From Candidatus Marinacidobacterales bacterium (lineage in GTDB: Bacteria > Acidobacteriota > Vicinamibacteria > Marinacidobacterales > DATDRI01): a stretch of 64,000 bases of DNA. Within the stretch, counting starts at the first letter, position 1; each line of letters starts with the position of its first letter. The position numbers and the translations under genes were made by a program. The stretch covers positions 5,629,530-5,693,529 of the forward strand of contig CBDCNP010000002.1 in the NCBI GenBank assembly GCA_965219415.1. The letters are read 5' to 3'. Of the stretch, positions 1 to 9,632 are shown one piece after another. Under the pieces are notes generated by a model. It had not been told where the DNA came from and searched no databases. It saw nothing but the letters and a program-made list of their open reading frames with translations.

Positions 1-122
1 AAAACCTCAAGGGCTCGCTGTTCCCATCAATCTATTTGATGCTGTCCGTGTCATAGCAGTGAAGGAGCGGTAAACGGAAGTCGCATGAGCCAAGAGACGA
101 CACCAGCAGGCGATGTCGTCGG

Positions 123-229
123 ATGAGAACGCTTGAAATCGGCTCGTATCGCACGGCTTGGTATCTCTGCCACCGCATCCGAGAGGCAATGGGTAACGAC
201 AAGCTGGACGGGCCTACCCTGTTCGTTGA
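123..229 (+). pseudogene. IS1595-family transposase fragment
   Basis: Translates as GSYRTAWYLCHRIREAM, a motif typical of IS1595 transposases; no full ORF. Confidence 0.6.
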
Positions 230-410
230 ACACGACCCCGTTCCAAAGATCGGTTATCGCTCGGACGCTGACGACTGGCCTAAAATGCCTGATTGTTGGG
301 GAAAATCGACGATATTCGGCCCTCAATGTTAATCTTTGTGCCTCAAATAGCCGGAGGAGGATGTTAGGAGGAAGGGCAGGAAAATCAAGGCAGGAACTGC
401 AGGAACACAG

Positions 411-576
411 GGTGCTTGCGCTGTTTACTGTTGGTGATATGCACGCATCCCTTTGCAGAAGAGGCGCTTACGCTCCATTTAGCGCGCAGCGAAGGTCACG
501 AGCGTTATTTTGGCTGTAATTAAATGCACCGTAACGTCTTAGCATCATCTCACCAACACTTAATGGCGGAAGCACC
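411..576 (+). mobile_element. MITE-A copy 1 (166 bp, IS1-type ends)
   Basis: ~31-bp imperfect TIR GGTGCTTGCGCTGTTTACTGTTGGTGA ... TCACCAACACTTAATGGCGGAAGCACC; five copies in the window; ends match the IS at 2749-3948. Confidence 0.9.
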
Positions 577-621
577 GGTTTATGGCGTGAAGGTTCACCG
601 TAGTGTATTCTGCCTGGCGCA

Positions 622-2010
622 ATGTGGTTTACTTCCGGCACACTCCGCCCGGGGTACGACTGCTATGTAATCGGCTCTGGCCCGGCGGGCATCACGCTCG
701 CCCTAGAGCTGGCCAAGGCAAATAAGAAGGTACTGCTCTTTGAGTCCGGCACTGCAATCGATGCGCGGGCCGACATGCCAAACGCCATCAACCAAGGACA
801 CCTCCCGGACGGCTGGTGGGATGAACACTCTATACGCACACTCGGTGGCACCTCAAAGGTCTGGTCAGGCTGGTGTGTTACGCTGATGGAACGGGATTTC
901 GATAACCCGGCCGTCGGCGTTCGCTGGCCGATTACTCGCCCCGAGTTGGTGCCGTACTATCGGCGCGCAGCTCGAGTCCTGGACCGAGACACCTCTATCG
1001 TCGATGTCGAGACACGCCTGATGCCGGGGTTCGTCTACCGACCGTTCTCAAGAGGTGCTCCTACCCGCTTCGGACTCAAGTATTTCGATGTACTGGAGAA
1101 ATCCTCGACGATTCACGTTGCGCTCGGATCCTCGGTGGTTGGCCTCGACGCCGATACGTCTCGCTCCGCGGTTCGGACGCTGACGTATTTTCATCATTCT
1201 TCAAGCACCACGCACCAGCTTGCCATCGATCCCGCACAGCCGGTCGTCCTCGCGGGCGGCGGCATCAGCAACGCGCAACTGCTACTTCAGCCTCGCTCGG
1301 ACGGTGCGGTCCCGGTCGGCAACGAGAGCGACCAGGCAGGGAAGTTCCTGATGGAGCATCCGCATTTCAGGCGTGTGGCCGAACTCGTGCTTGACGAAGA
1401 CCTAAACCTGCAACCTAGGCCCGCTGCCTTTGGGGGAGCCACCCATGCGATGGTGCCGGACGATGCCCTGACGATGCAGCACGGGCTATTCGGGTGCAGT
1501 GTGGACTGTCAGGACCAAACCACCGATCATCCAATGGTCGAGTATCTGTCCAGGGAGCATGGGAAGCCCTTCTATCACTACATCAGCACTGTACGCTCCG
1601 AAATGTTGCCCTCTGCCAGTAACCATGTGTTCCTAACCGGGGAACGCGACGCCGCAGGGTTCTACCGGCCCAGCGTCCGATGTGTCTTCAACGCCGGGGA
1701 CTTCCTCAACGCGGAGACGACGTTGCGGCTCCTCGGAGAATCGCTGATAGAGTCGAAGAAGGGCCGGGTACGTATTCACAATAGTGTCCTATACCGGTGG
1801 GCGGACGGTGGCGGGCACATCATGGGAACGACCAGAATGGGCACGAGTCGGTTGGATTCGGTGGTCGATCGAGACTGCCGGGTGCACGGCTACCGCAACC
1901 TGTTCGTGGCTGGCTCGTCCGTGTTTCCCACCGGCGGGTACGCGAACCCAACGCTGACGATTGTCGCGTTGTCGCTGCGACTGGCTGACACTCTCGCGAC
2001 GTCACGGTGA
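622..2010 (+). CDS. GMC-family FAD oxidoreductase
   Basis: GSGPAG Rossmann motif, LGGTSKVWSG, GKFLMEHP, GHIMGTTRMG, GYANPTLTIVAL. Confidence 0.9.
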   Translation: MWFTSGTLRPGYDCYVIGSGPAGITLALELAKANKKVLLFESGTAIDARADMPNAINQGHLPDGWWDEHSIRTLGGTSKVWSGWCVTLMERDFDNPAVGVRWPITRPELVPYYRRAARVLDRDTSIVDVETRLMPGFVYRPFSRGAPTRFGLKYFDVLEKSSTIHVALGSSVVGLDADTSRSAVRTLTYFHHSSSTTHQLAIDPAQPVVLAGGGISNAQLLLQPRSDGAVPVGNESDQAGKFLMEHPHFRRVAELVLDEDLNLQPRPAAFGGATHAMVPDDALTMQHGLFGCSVDCQDQTTDHPMVEYLSREHGKPFYHYISTVRSEMLPSASNHVFLTGERDAAGFYRPSVRCVFNAGDFLNAETTLRLLGESLIESKKGRVRIHNSVLYRWADGGGHIMGTTRMGTSRLDSVVDRDCRVHGYRNLFVAGSSVFPTGGYANPTLTIVALSLRLADTLATSR

Positions 2011-2621
2011 TGGTGCCCGACATGACACGCCGCATCTCACGACGGACATTCGTGATGGGGTTCGGCGGCGGTGCGGCTTCCGCAGCGCTCGTTTGGGGAC
2101 TCTGGGATTCTAGGCGTTGGCCGCGAACGCCCGGCGAAGAACATCCGGTCATCGCGGGGTGTTGTGCCTACGCCGAGTACGATGGTTGGCTGGTCACGAC
2201 CGAGGACAAAAGACGCCTTCCATTTTCACTGGCCTACACTAGCGGCTGGTACCCGGAGGAAACAGATGCGGAATCGGCGTGGCGATGGACCCATAAGACG
2301 GCAACGCTGTCATTTCTGAACCCGAAAGCGGACGCAACGTTCAGCCTCGACTACGCCGCACGGGCGAATCAGGCGGTCACGGTCAGCGTCGGCGGTCAAC
2401 TGCTGCAGCAAGTAGTCGCCGAGGCATCCGGTCGCCGCCGCCGCCGCCGTATTCCTATCCCCGCAGCGGCGCTGGGAAATGGAGACAGGGCCGAGATTCA
2501 GATCACCGTGGACCGAACGTTCGTGCCGGCGAATCTGAACGTGGACTCGCGTGACGCCCGCGAACTTGGCATTAAGGTCTATCATGCGGCCGTTGAACGC
2601 GATCCCGTCCCAACTCCCTGA
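2007..2621 (+). CDS. TAT-signal partner protein of the GMC enzyme, fused to a C-terminal beta-sandwich-like domain
   Basis: SRRTFVMG twin-arginine motif, DGWLVT motif, 4-bp overlap with the GMC stop; C-terminal ~130 aa nearly repeated in 6851-8953. Confidence 0.75.
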   Translation: MMVPDMTRRISRRTFVMGFGGGAASAALVWGLWDSRRWPRTPGEEHPVIAGCCAYAEYDGWLVTTEDKRRLPFSLAYTSGWYPEETDAESAWRWTHKTATLSFLNPKADATFSLDYAARANQAVTVSVGGQLLQQVVAEASGRRRRRRIPIPAAALGNGDRAEIQITVDRTFVPANLNVDSRDARELGIKVYHAAVERDPVPTP

Positions 2622-2748
2622 CTGGTACTGCCAGATTGACGAATAGCTAGCTGCCCCCGCGATGATCCAATGGAACCCGTCATGTGCTGCACGTGATGTT
2701 TCCCTGTTCGGTTATCTCTATTCTCCTGTTCTTCAAGAGCAAATTCAC

Positions 2749-3948
2749 GGTGCTTCCGCCATCAAGTGTTGCTACGCGGCTGCGGGCAGTGGTACAGGTG
2801 TGGAAGAGAGCGGGATGCGCGCCCTACTGAGCACGAAAACCTCGATCCGCGACCACAAAGGAATCGTCGTCGCCAAGAAGATGTCTCGAAAGGTGAGCCG
2901 TCGCGTCGTCAGACCAGCCTGCATAGCCGGAGTTCGGATCTCACGTCCGAACTTCAGAGCTCCGTGCGGTCGGACGAAGTTGTAATAGCAACGGAGCAAC
3001 TCCAGGTGCTCATCGAGCCTCTCCGTCGAGCGAGCGTGGGAAAGCGTTCGTCTCGAAAGGTATGCCGAGCTTTGCCGGATGGTCAGATTCAACCGCTCGA
3101 TGAACGACGTGTTCAATGTTGAGGAGTCCTCGGAGTTATTGAGCGCGTCTTCGAATCGCCACGCGGCTCCGTGCAGCGCTCTCCGTTCGACCTTGATGAT
3201 ACGATCGTTCCTGCGCGTTTTTAGGACCTGGCCGTAGAGACACGCTGGCCCGAAGAAGCGACGGATGACCTTCTGGTAGAATTCGAATCCATCCGTGACG
3301 ATCAAGGGAAGACGCTCGAAATTCATCCGTCTCGAAAGGTCGCGAAACAGAGCGTGAGTGTTCCGGTAGCTTCGCCTTCCCGTCACCGTCGATGGCCAGA
3401 GCCGAGACCAGACTTCGATTGTAACGAAGACCCAACTCGGTGTCTTCTTGTTGCCCGCGAACGTGCGAATCTCGTCGGCTTGAAGCTCTTCGGCAGCGAA
3501 GCCCGCGATCCTTCTGTGATTGAATCGACGACACACTTGGGCTGCCTTCTCGAGCCAGCGGGCGATGGTGTTCCAGGCAATCCCTTTGATCCGGGAAATC
3601 GCGGAAATGCTGACACCCTCGACTCTGAGAGCGATGACCCCATCGAAAGTAGCTCTTCGATGTTGGAGACGGTAGTAGGGCGTGCCTTTCGTCGAGGAGA
3701 ACGTCTTTCCGCACTCGCCGCACCGGTATCGACGGCGTTTCCCGGACCTGGTTCGGTAGAATCCGTGGCGAACGATGTTTCCGGAACTGACTTTGCCCCG
3801 CAACGGACATGCGAGATTGAGACATCTGCGATTCTTCACTTTGGCTCGGCCCTGACGATGAGAGAACTGTGTCTTCGGAATTCTGGTTCAAACTCTAGCA
3901 CGCAGACCGGTTAGGGGCTGGCCGCCAACACTTAATTGCGGAAGCACC
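2749..3948 (-). mobile_element. IS1-family element with single-ORF transposase (CDS 2772-3839)
   Basis: TIR GGTGCTTCCGCCATCAAGTGTTG / CAACACTTAATTGCGGAAGCACC; Zn-finger (CLNLAC, CGEC), HTH and DDE (ADE, TDG, ERLNLTIR). No target-site duplication (TSD). Confidence 0.9.
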
Positions 3949-4038
3949 GGTTTTTTCAGCTCGGTTTGCCGCTCACGAGAGTGCCTTGTGAGCTCTTTTC
4001 ACCCATCTACATTGTCCGGTTCGACCCGTTAGGCGAGC

Positions 4039-6302
4039 TCACGGCCGCGACGTCGCGGCCGAGGAATCCTCCCAAGTCCCGTATTCATTTAGAGCACTCC
4101 ACACGTCGCCGCGCCGTGAACGTCCCTTGAGATTGGGAGAGAAAGGAACAGTCGCGACGGCTTCGCTGAAACTGTGTGCTTTGGGGCTTCGCGGGTCGTT
4201 TCCATCGAGGGTGTAATAGACCTTATCCGCTCCCGCCGAGCGTCGAACGATGATGCTGTCAGAAGCTCGCTCGAACACCGGCGGGTCGATGGCTGGATAG
4301 TAATTATGAGCTCGAAGCGCTCGAATGAACCTTTCGACATTGCCGTTCATCAAACTTAGAACGTAGTCTCGCGAGCGCTTCCAGTCGTCCAGCTTAAAGG
4401 GACGATTCTCTCTTCTTGGGCTTGCGTCACCCCAGCGTGCCGATTCACAAAGCATTGCCTTCTCTACATAGTCAGCTAGCTTTCGGAAGTTGGTTTGGTT
4501 TACACGGTCCGCGAGGGGTCCACCATTGTAGCAAGCACGATAGACGCGATCCGCAAAATCCAGCCAAAATTCCGGGCTATTAGCCAGGGACGCCCAAAGT
4601 ATGTGGATCACTGCCTCTCCGCCAGACACGAAACTCGGCGGAACCCAAGCCCCTGCATGCCCTACCTTGTCAATGAGCCCGTAGCTCAGTTCCGAATCCC
4701 AACAAAAATGCAGTCCGGCACCGGGAGGTTTAACGCGGATGCCGCCGTACCAGTTGTTTCCTTCCCAGTCTCCATTACCAACAAACCAATTGAGCAAAAC
4801 GTAATCGCTAAACTGGGCCGTATTCAGTAGGGTTTCAAACTCCCGGTACTTCTCAGGCTTCGAGAGATCGTTGTCGCGTGCATAAACGTACATGGCGCTA
4901 TACCAACGCGGGTGATACGGATCGCCGACTGCGCCGGAATGGTTGACAGCAAACCAGTCGGTCGAGTCACCGCCATAATACGAAGCGAGAAACTGCCGAT
5001 CCGGACGCTCCACCGCGTTATAGACGCCCCAATAAATCCCGTTCAAGTAGAGATTCACAAAAATACCGCGAGCGCCGTTACTGCTCAAAAAAATCTGCGA
5101 GTCCCGCACATGTTGATCGCGAACATAGACGGCCAGCTCGCTTGCCTTGCCTCGCAACGGCCTTTCTTGCCATCCTGAGATAGACCAATTTTCTTGCCCC
5201 CCGGCCCGAAGAATAATGGTGTTGAATTCTCTAACCGCTGATTCGGCATGGTGGACGGCACTCTCGAAAAAGGGGTATCTCAATGTTCCAGCACCAAAGT
5301 CTTTATTGAAAACCAGGCGAAACGAGCGCTTTTCATGGGGGAGCATGGTGCTATGGGGTTCAATTCCGCAATCAACCTCAAAGCCCTCGAAGCCGGAAAA
5401 TGTACTGGGATAGATGAGCTCAACCGACGCAGGCCGGGTTCGTGGTCCCTTGTAAAAGTAGAGCCCTTCGCTCTCGTCAAAAAGATGGTCCGCATCCATG
5501 ACGATGGAGAGGGTCGGAATCGACGTCAGTCCTTCCACGAACTCCCGCTGGTTGCTCGTATTCACGACGTCGGGATCGATCCCGAGGTCAAGATCCGCAT
5601 ACGGAGCCATATTGGAGGAGCGAAACGAGCCCGGATCATCAAATGGCAGAGTTGCCTGCTTCCTCACCGTAGTCGGAAATAGATAGGTATGGGTGTCAAC
5701 GTTCGTGCTCCTCGCACCAGGTTTGTACGCCATGGCCCGAAGGACGGTCGTTTTGCCCACAAGAACCTTGTTGCCGACGATTCCATGACTCTCGCTCGGC
5801 TTACTACCGTCAGTGGTATAGACGATGGTCGCGTCGGGAGTGGCGGTGGTGATAATCACTTCGAAAGGGTTCTCATAGAAGCCGCGGTCGTGGCTGAACT
5901 TCGTATCGCCTACTGAGTGCGTCCGGCCGGTTCGGCGATGCCAATCATTGAAGAGCTCGACCGATTGCCCAACCGGTTGCGCAGGGGTGCTCGCAAGAAG
6001 AACCGGCTCTCCCCAAACCGGAACCAGTGACCGCCGATGCCCCGCGCCCGAGGCGTCCAGCACAGGCCGTGCCGTGAATATCAGCGAGATCGCTCTCCCC
6101 TCCCACGGAGTGAGATTAACCAGGCGGTCGTTCCAACGATTCCCCTCCTGTGCAGCGAGGGTCTCGCGAAACGCGCGGCTCCGCTTGTCATCGACTTCGA
6201 TCTCGACCAGAAACTCTGTCTCGGGCAGATCGGCACTGGGTGTGCCTAACACGGCCATCGAGAATTGGAGCACGGCGTTCTGCGGTACCTTTAGCGAGGA
6301 CA
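4039..6302 (-). CDS. CotH-kinase-family protein with Fn3-associated/chitobiase domains, 5' end replaced by IS-terminus DNA
   Basis: YTTDGSKP and YYTLDGNDP domains, VNLYLNGIYWGVYNAVER, GDWEGNNW, WDSE, CESARWGD. The ORF-track N-terminus (6303-6567) is translated repeat DNA. Confidence 0.8.
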
Positions 6303-6381
6303 CCCCGTCCTGTGCCAAAACTCGGCCCTTTTGAAATAGACCATAAATCAGCAGCTTAGTGTCCGTGTTTGTCCCCGGGCC
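6303..6381 (+). repeat. Orphan IS terminus B (CCCGTCCTGTGCCAAAACTC...)
   Basis: Also at 30688-30721 (+), 38231-38309 (-) and 40149-40202 (+). Confidence 0.8.
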
Positions 6382-6400
6382 AACGAAACGCCAGCCGATG

Positions 6401-6563
6401 AGACTCTTTAGAAGGGCTGAACGGGCCTCATTTTCGGTTTTGGTCTCGAATCTCGATTTCCGAGGGACACGTTTGCGCCAAATAGGAGAACGGGCGCTGA
6501 CCGGGGGCCGTGCGGCAGCGGAAAAGAGGCCACCCGAGAGGCCCAGAATCGAGGCCGGGGCTA
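6401..6563 (+). repeat. Internal segment of repeat element C
   Basis: Aligns with ~9172-9333 (+) and ~19171-19332 (-). Confidence 0.8.
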
Positions 6564-6585
6564 TCACAGCTTAGCGGACGCTCTC

Positions 6586-6749
6586 GGTGCTTGCGCTGTT
6601 TACTGTTGGTGATGTGCACGCATCCCCTTGCAAAAGAGGCGTTTACGCTCCATTTAATGCGCAGCGAAGGTCACGAGCGCTATTTTGGCTGTAATTAAAT
6701 GCACCGTAACGTCTTAGCATCATCTCACCCACTTAATGGCGGAAGTACC
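6586..6749 (+). mobile_element. MITE-A copy 2
   Basis: Same body and TIR as 411-576, with a small deletion near the right end. Confidence 0.9.
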
Positions 6750-6850
6750 CGAGAGTGGCCAAATCAGGACACTACCGAAACAGGCAACCTGCTTTTTTGC
6801 CCCGCCGCTTGGATCTGCTACCCTTCAATCACTCGGTAGAACTAGTCTCG

Positions 6851-8953
6851 ATGAATAACGCTGACGACAAACCCAAAGTCGGTCAAGATTGGACCGCCTT
6901 CGTTGTCGCGTGGATCCCCTACTCGTTGTTGACCTATAGATTTTGGCACAACATCGACGACGCCTTCATCAGTTTCCGTTACTCGAAGAATTGGGCGATG
7001 GGATACGGACTTCGCTACAACGTGGGGCCTCAGCAACCGGAAGAGGGATACAGCAACTTCCTGTGGGTCGCGGTGTGCGCGTTGGTCGAGTACTTGGAAC
7101 TCGACATTACTTTCTGGGCACCGATGCTCGGTTTCGTCTGTGGTTCTTTGCTCTTGTACCTTGTTTTTCGAACGCTCCGGCGAGATTTCGACATGGGGCT
7201 TGGTGTAGCTTTCTCCATAGCGCTGGGCCTTGGTTTGTTTCCGCCCTACGCTTTGTGGTCGACGGGCGGTCTTGGAACAATGGCGTTCGCCCTTTCCGCC
7301 TTCGCGACAGCCTACTTTATTCTTCTGCGTCCGGCTGGCATCGCGCCTTACCGCGGTGCGCTTGCTGGCATAGCCATGGCATTGTTGCGTACGGAAGGTA
7401 TTGCCTGGACCTTGCTCATCGCCCTGCTCGGAATCGTCACCCGACGGATGAAAAGGGAAGCAGTCTGGCGACCGGTGGCCCTCTATGTCGCGATAGTGGG
7501 TACCGCCTTTTCAGTCTATTTCGCGTGGCGATATTCCTATTACCAGATTCTCTTTCCCAATCCAGTATACGCGAAGGTTGGTTTCAGTCCCGAAGTGACA
7601 CTGCGAGGCTTCCGCTATGTGGCCTCCTTCGCTCTCACGTTTGTGACACCGCTTCTCTTATTGCCGGCGGCTGGCTACGTGGCTTGGCGGGAAGCACCGA
7701 AGCCGGTAGCACTTGCCCTCGGAACCTTGAGCCTGGCATTTCCCGCCTACGCTGCAGTGGTCGGCGGGGACTGGATGTCTATGGGCCGGTTTCTGATTCC
7801 CGGTTTCGCCTTCGGAGCACTCTTGATGGGATGGTTGGTGGCTCGGTTGTGGGAACGCCTGTCATCGCGCCTTGTGGTCATGGCGGTAGTGATAACGACG
7901 ATCACGGTGGGTCTCCTTCCTGCGTGGAACGTGCATCTCGTACCCGACTCGGTGCGTCGCCTCTTTCATTTTCGTTACCTCAGTCCCTTTCGCACTGAGT
8001 ATGAGGTGTGGAGAGTAGAGCCCAACTTTTTCACGGACAGAAAGGAAGAGGCTCTGGCACTGAAGGCGCATTTCACCCCAGGAGATAGCATCGTTCTTGG
8101 CAAGATCGGGCTACTCGGATATTACTCCGACCTACACATCTACGACCGCAGTGGCCTAGTCGACCGGCGCGTCGCGATGCGCCCCCGCACGCGCAATCCG
8201 CTCCGCATGCCGGGGCATGATAGCAAGGTCTCTACCGATTTCTTTTTCGTGGACGAGCCTACCGTCGTGCTTCACGAAAGGATAGACGGACCTCCACCTA
8301 GCCGAAAGAATCCCGAATACCCGTTGCTTCGGCGTATCAGAATGAAAGCCGAGTCCTGGAGGAAATTGTCGGTCTGGCGACGTTACGTGCCGGAGGTTCT
8401 ACCACTGGAACCGTCGCAGCAAGGTAGCCCTAACGTGCTCATGGTCCTGCGGTTGATCGAGGAAAAGCCCCGTATCGCCACACTTTCCAGTCCACAGCGG
8501 CGTGCCGAAAGAGCGTGGGATGACTTTTTTAGGGAGTTGGATTCTGCTCTACCCTTTGTTGTACTGGCCTACACCAGCGGCTGGTACCCGAAGGAAACAG
8601 CTCCGGAATCGACGGGGCGATGGACCCATCAAACCGCCACGCTGTCGTTTTTTAACCCGCAGGCAGACGCGACGTTCTCCCTCGACTACGCCGCACGCGC
8701 GCCGCAGACGGTCACGGTCAGCGTCGGCGACCAACTGCTGCAGTCATTCGTCGCCGATGCGTCCGGGCGCCGCCGCCGCCGTATTCCCCTCCCCGCAACG
8801 GCGCTAGGAAATGGGGACAGGGCTAAGATTCAGATCACTGTGGATCGGACGTTCGTGCCGGCGAATCTGATCGCGGGCTCACGCGACACCCGCGAACTTG
8901 GCATTAAGGTCTATCACGCGGCCGTTGAACGCGACCCCGTCCCAACTCCCTGA
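6851..8953 (+). CDS. Polytopic GT-C glycosyltransferase (AftB/GT89-like) with appended C-terminal domain
   Basis: IDDAFISFRYS...EGYSNFLWV, LLRTEG, GGDWM..GRF, many TM segments. Start placed at the ATG at 6851. Confidence 0.75.
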   Translation: MNNADDKPKVGQDWTAFVVAWIPYSLLTYRFWHNIDDAFISFRYSKNWAMGYGLRYNVGPQQPEEGYSNFLWVAVCALVEYLELDITFWAPMLGFVCGSLLLYLVFRTLRRDFDMGLGVAFSIALGLGLFPPYALWSTGGLGTMAFALSAFATAYFILLRPAGIAPYRGALAGIAMALLRTEGIAWTLLIALLGIVTRRMKREAVWRPVALYVAIVGTAFSVYFAWRYSYYQILFPNPVYAKVGFSPEVTLRGFRYVASFALTFVTPLLLLPAAGYVAWREAPKPVALALGTLSLAFPAYAAVVGGDWMSMGRFLIPGFAFGALLMGWLVARLWERLSSRLVVMAVVITTITVGLLPAWNVHLVPDSVRRLFHFRYLSPFRTEYEVWRVEPNFFTDRKEEALALKAHFTPGDSIVLGKIGLLGYYSDLHIYDRSGLVDRRVAMRPRTRNPLRMPGHDSKVSTDFFFVDEPTVVLHERIDGPPPSRKNPEYPLLRRIRMKAESWRKLSVWRRYVPEVLPLEPSQQGSPNVLMVLRLIEEKPRIATLSSPQRRAERAWDDFFRELDSALPFVVLAYTSGWYPKETAPESTGRWTHQTATLSFFNPQADATFSLDYAARAPQTVTVSVGDQLLQSFVADASGRRRRRIPLPATALGNGDRAKIQITVDRTFVPANLIAGSRDTRELGIKVYHAAVERDPVPTP

Positions 8954-9050
8954 CACGCCCGAATAGAACCCGTCACGTGCTACTCGTGACACCTCCGCGA
9001 TCGGATCATCTTCTTTCTGAGGATTTCCGCCAAAAGCTGGACCACCTTTT

Positions 9051-9616
9051 GCCGAGACCGGATAGCTCCAACCTGCACCATCCGCCACCTAGTCCGGCCA
9101 ATTGTGGCACTGCAGAGACGGGTGAGATTTTCCGCGCGGTTGGCGGGGTTTTGCAGAGATAGGTGTCACCAGAGACGCGCTAGATGGGCCGAACTGGCCT
9201 CATTTTCGGTATTCGTCTCTAATCTCGATTTTCGAGTGCCAAGTTTGCGCCAAATAGGGGTGGAGGCGGTGACCGGGCCGTGCGGCCGCCAAAAAGAGGC
9301 CACCCGAGGGGTCCAGAATCGAGGCCGGGGCTACCGGGGCGTAGCGGACTAGCACGTTCTGGTCCAGGTGCGCCTGAACCTCCTTCATGTCCTTTGTTGT
9401 CTCGAATTGGGCCTCAACCAAGGTTCTGCACCTCCTGTGGTTCTTCCCCGGCGCACCGCCCGTGTACCCAGGGTCACTACTTGGCGTCTCGGTCTCGAAT
9501 CCTGGTTTCCGAGGGGAGCGTTTGCACCGACGGAAGAGGTGGCGGCAAGAAACAGCCGAACATGGCAGGTCTAAACCGCGCAATCAACGCTGGATCGACT
9601 TTTTGCAGAGCACAGG
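9051..9616 (+). mobile_element. Repeat element C (non-coding, ends ...CTTTTTGCAGAGCACAGG)
   Basis: Colinear with 18704-19454 on the opposite strand; the terminus recurs at 40620 and 44141. Confidence 0.75.
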
Positions 9617-9632
9617 CCAAGCGGCAGTGTCT

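Noticed and set aside
2229-8953. Duplicated segments as template/variable repeats of a diversity-generating retroelement
   Set aside because: No reverse transcriptase is present, and the differences do not look adenine-specific.
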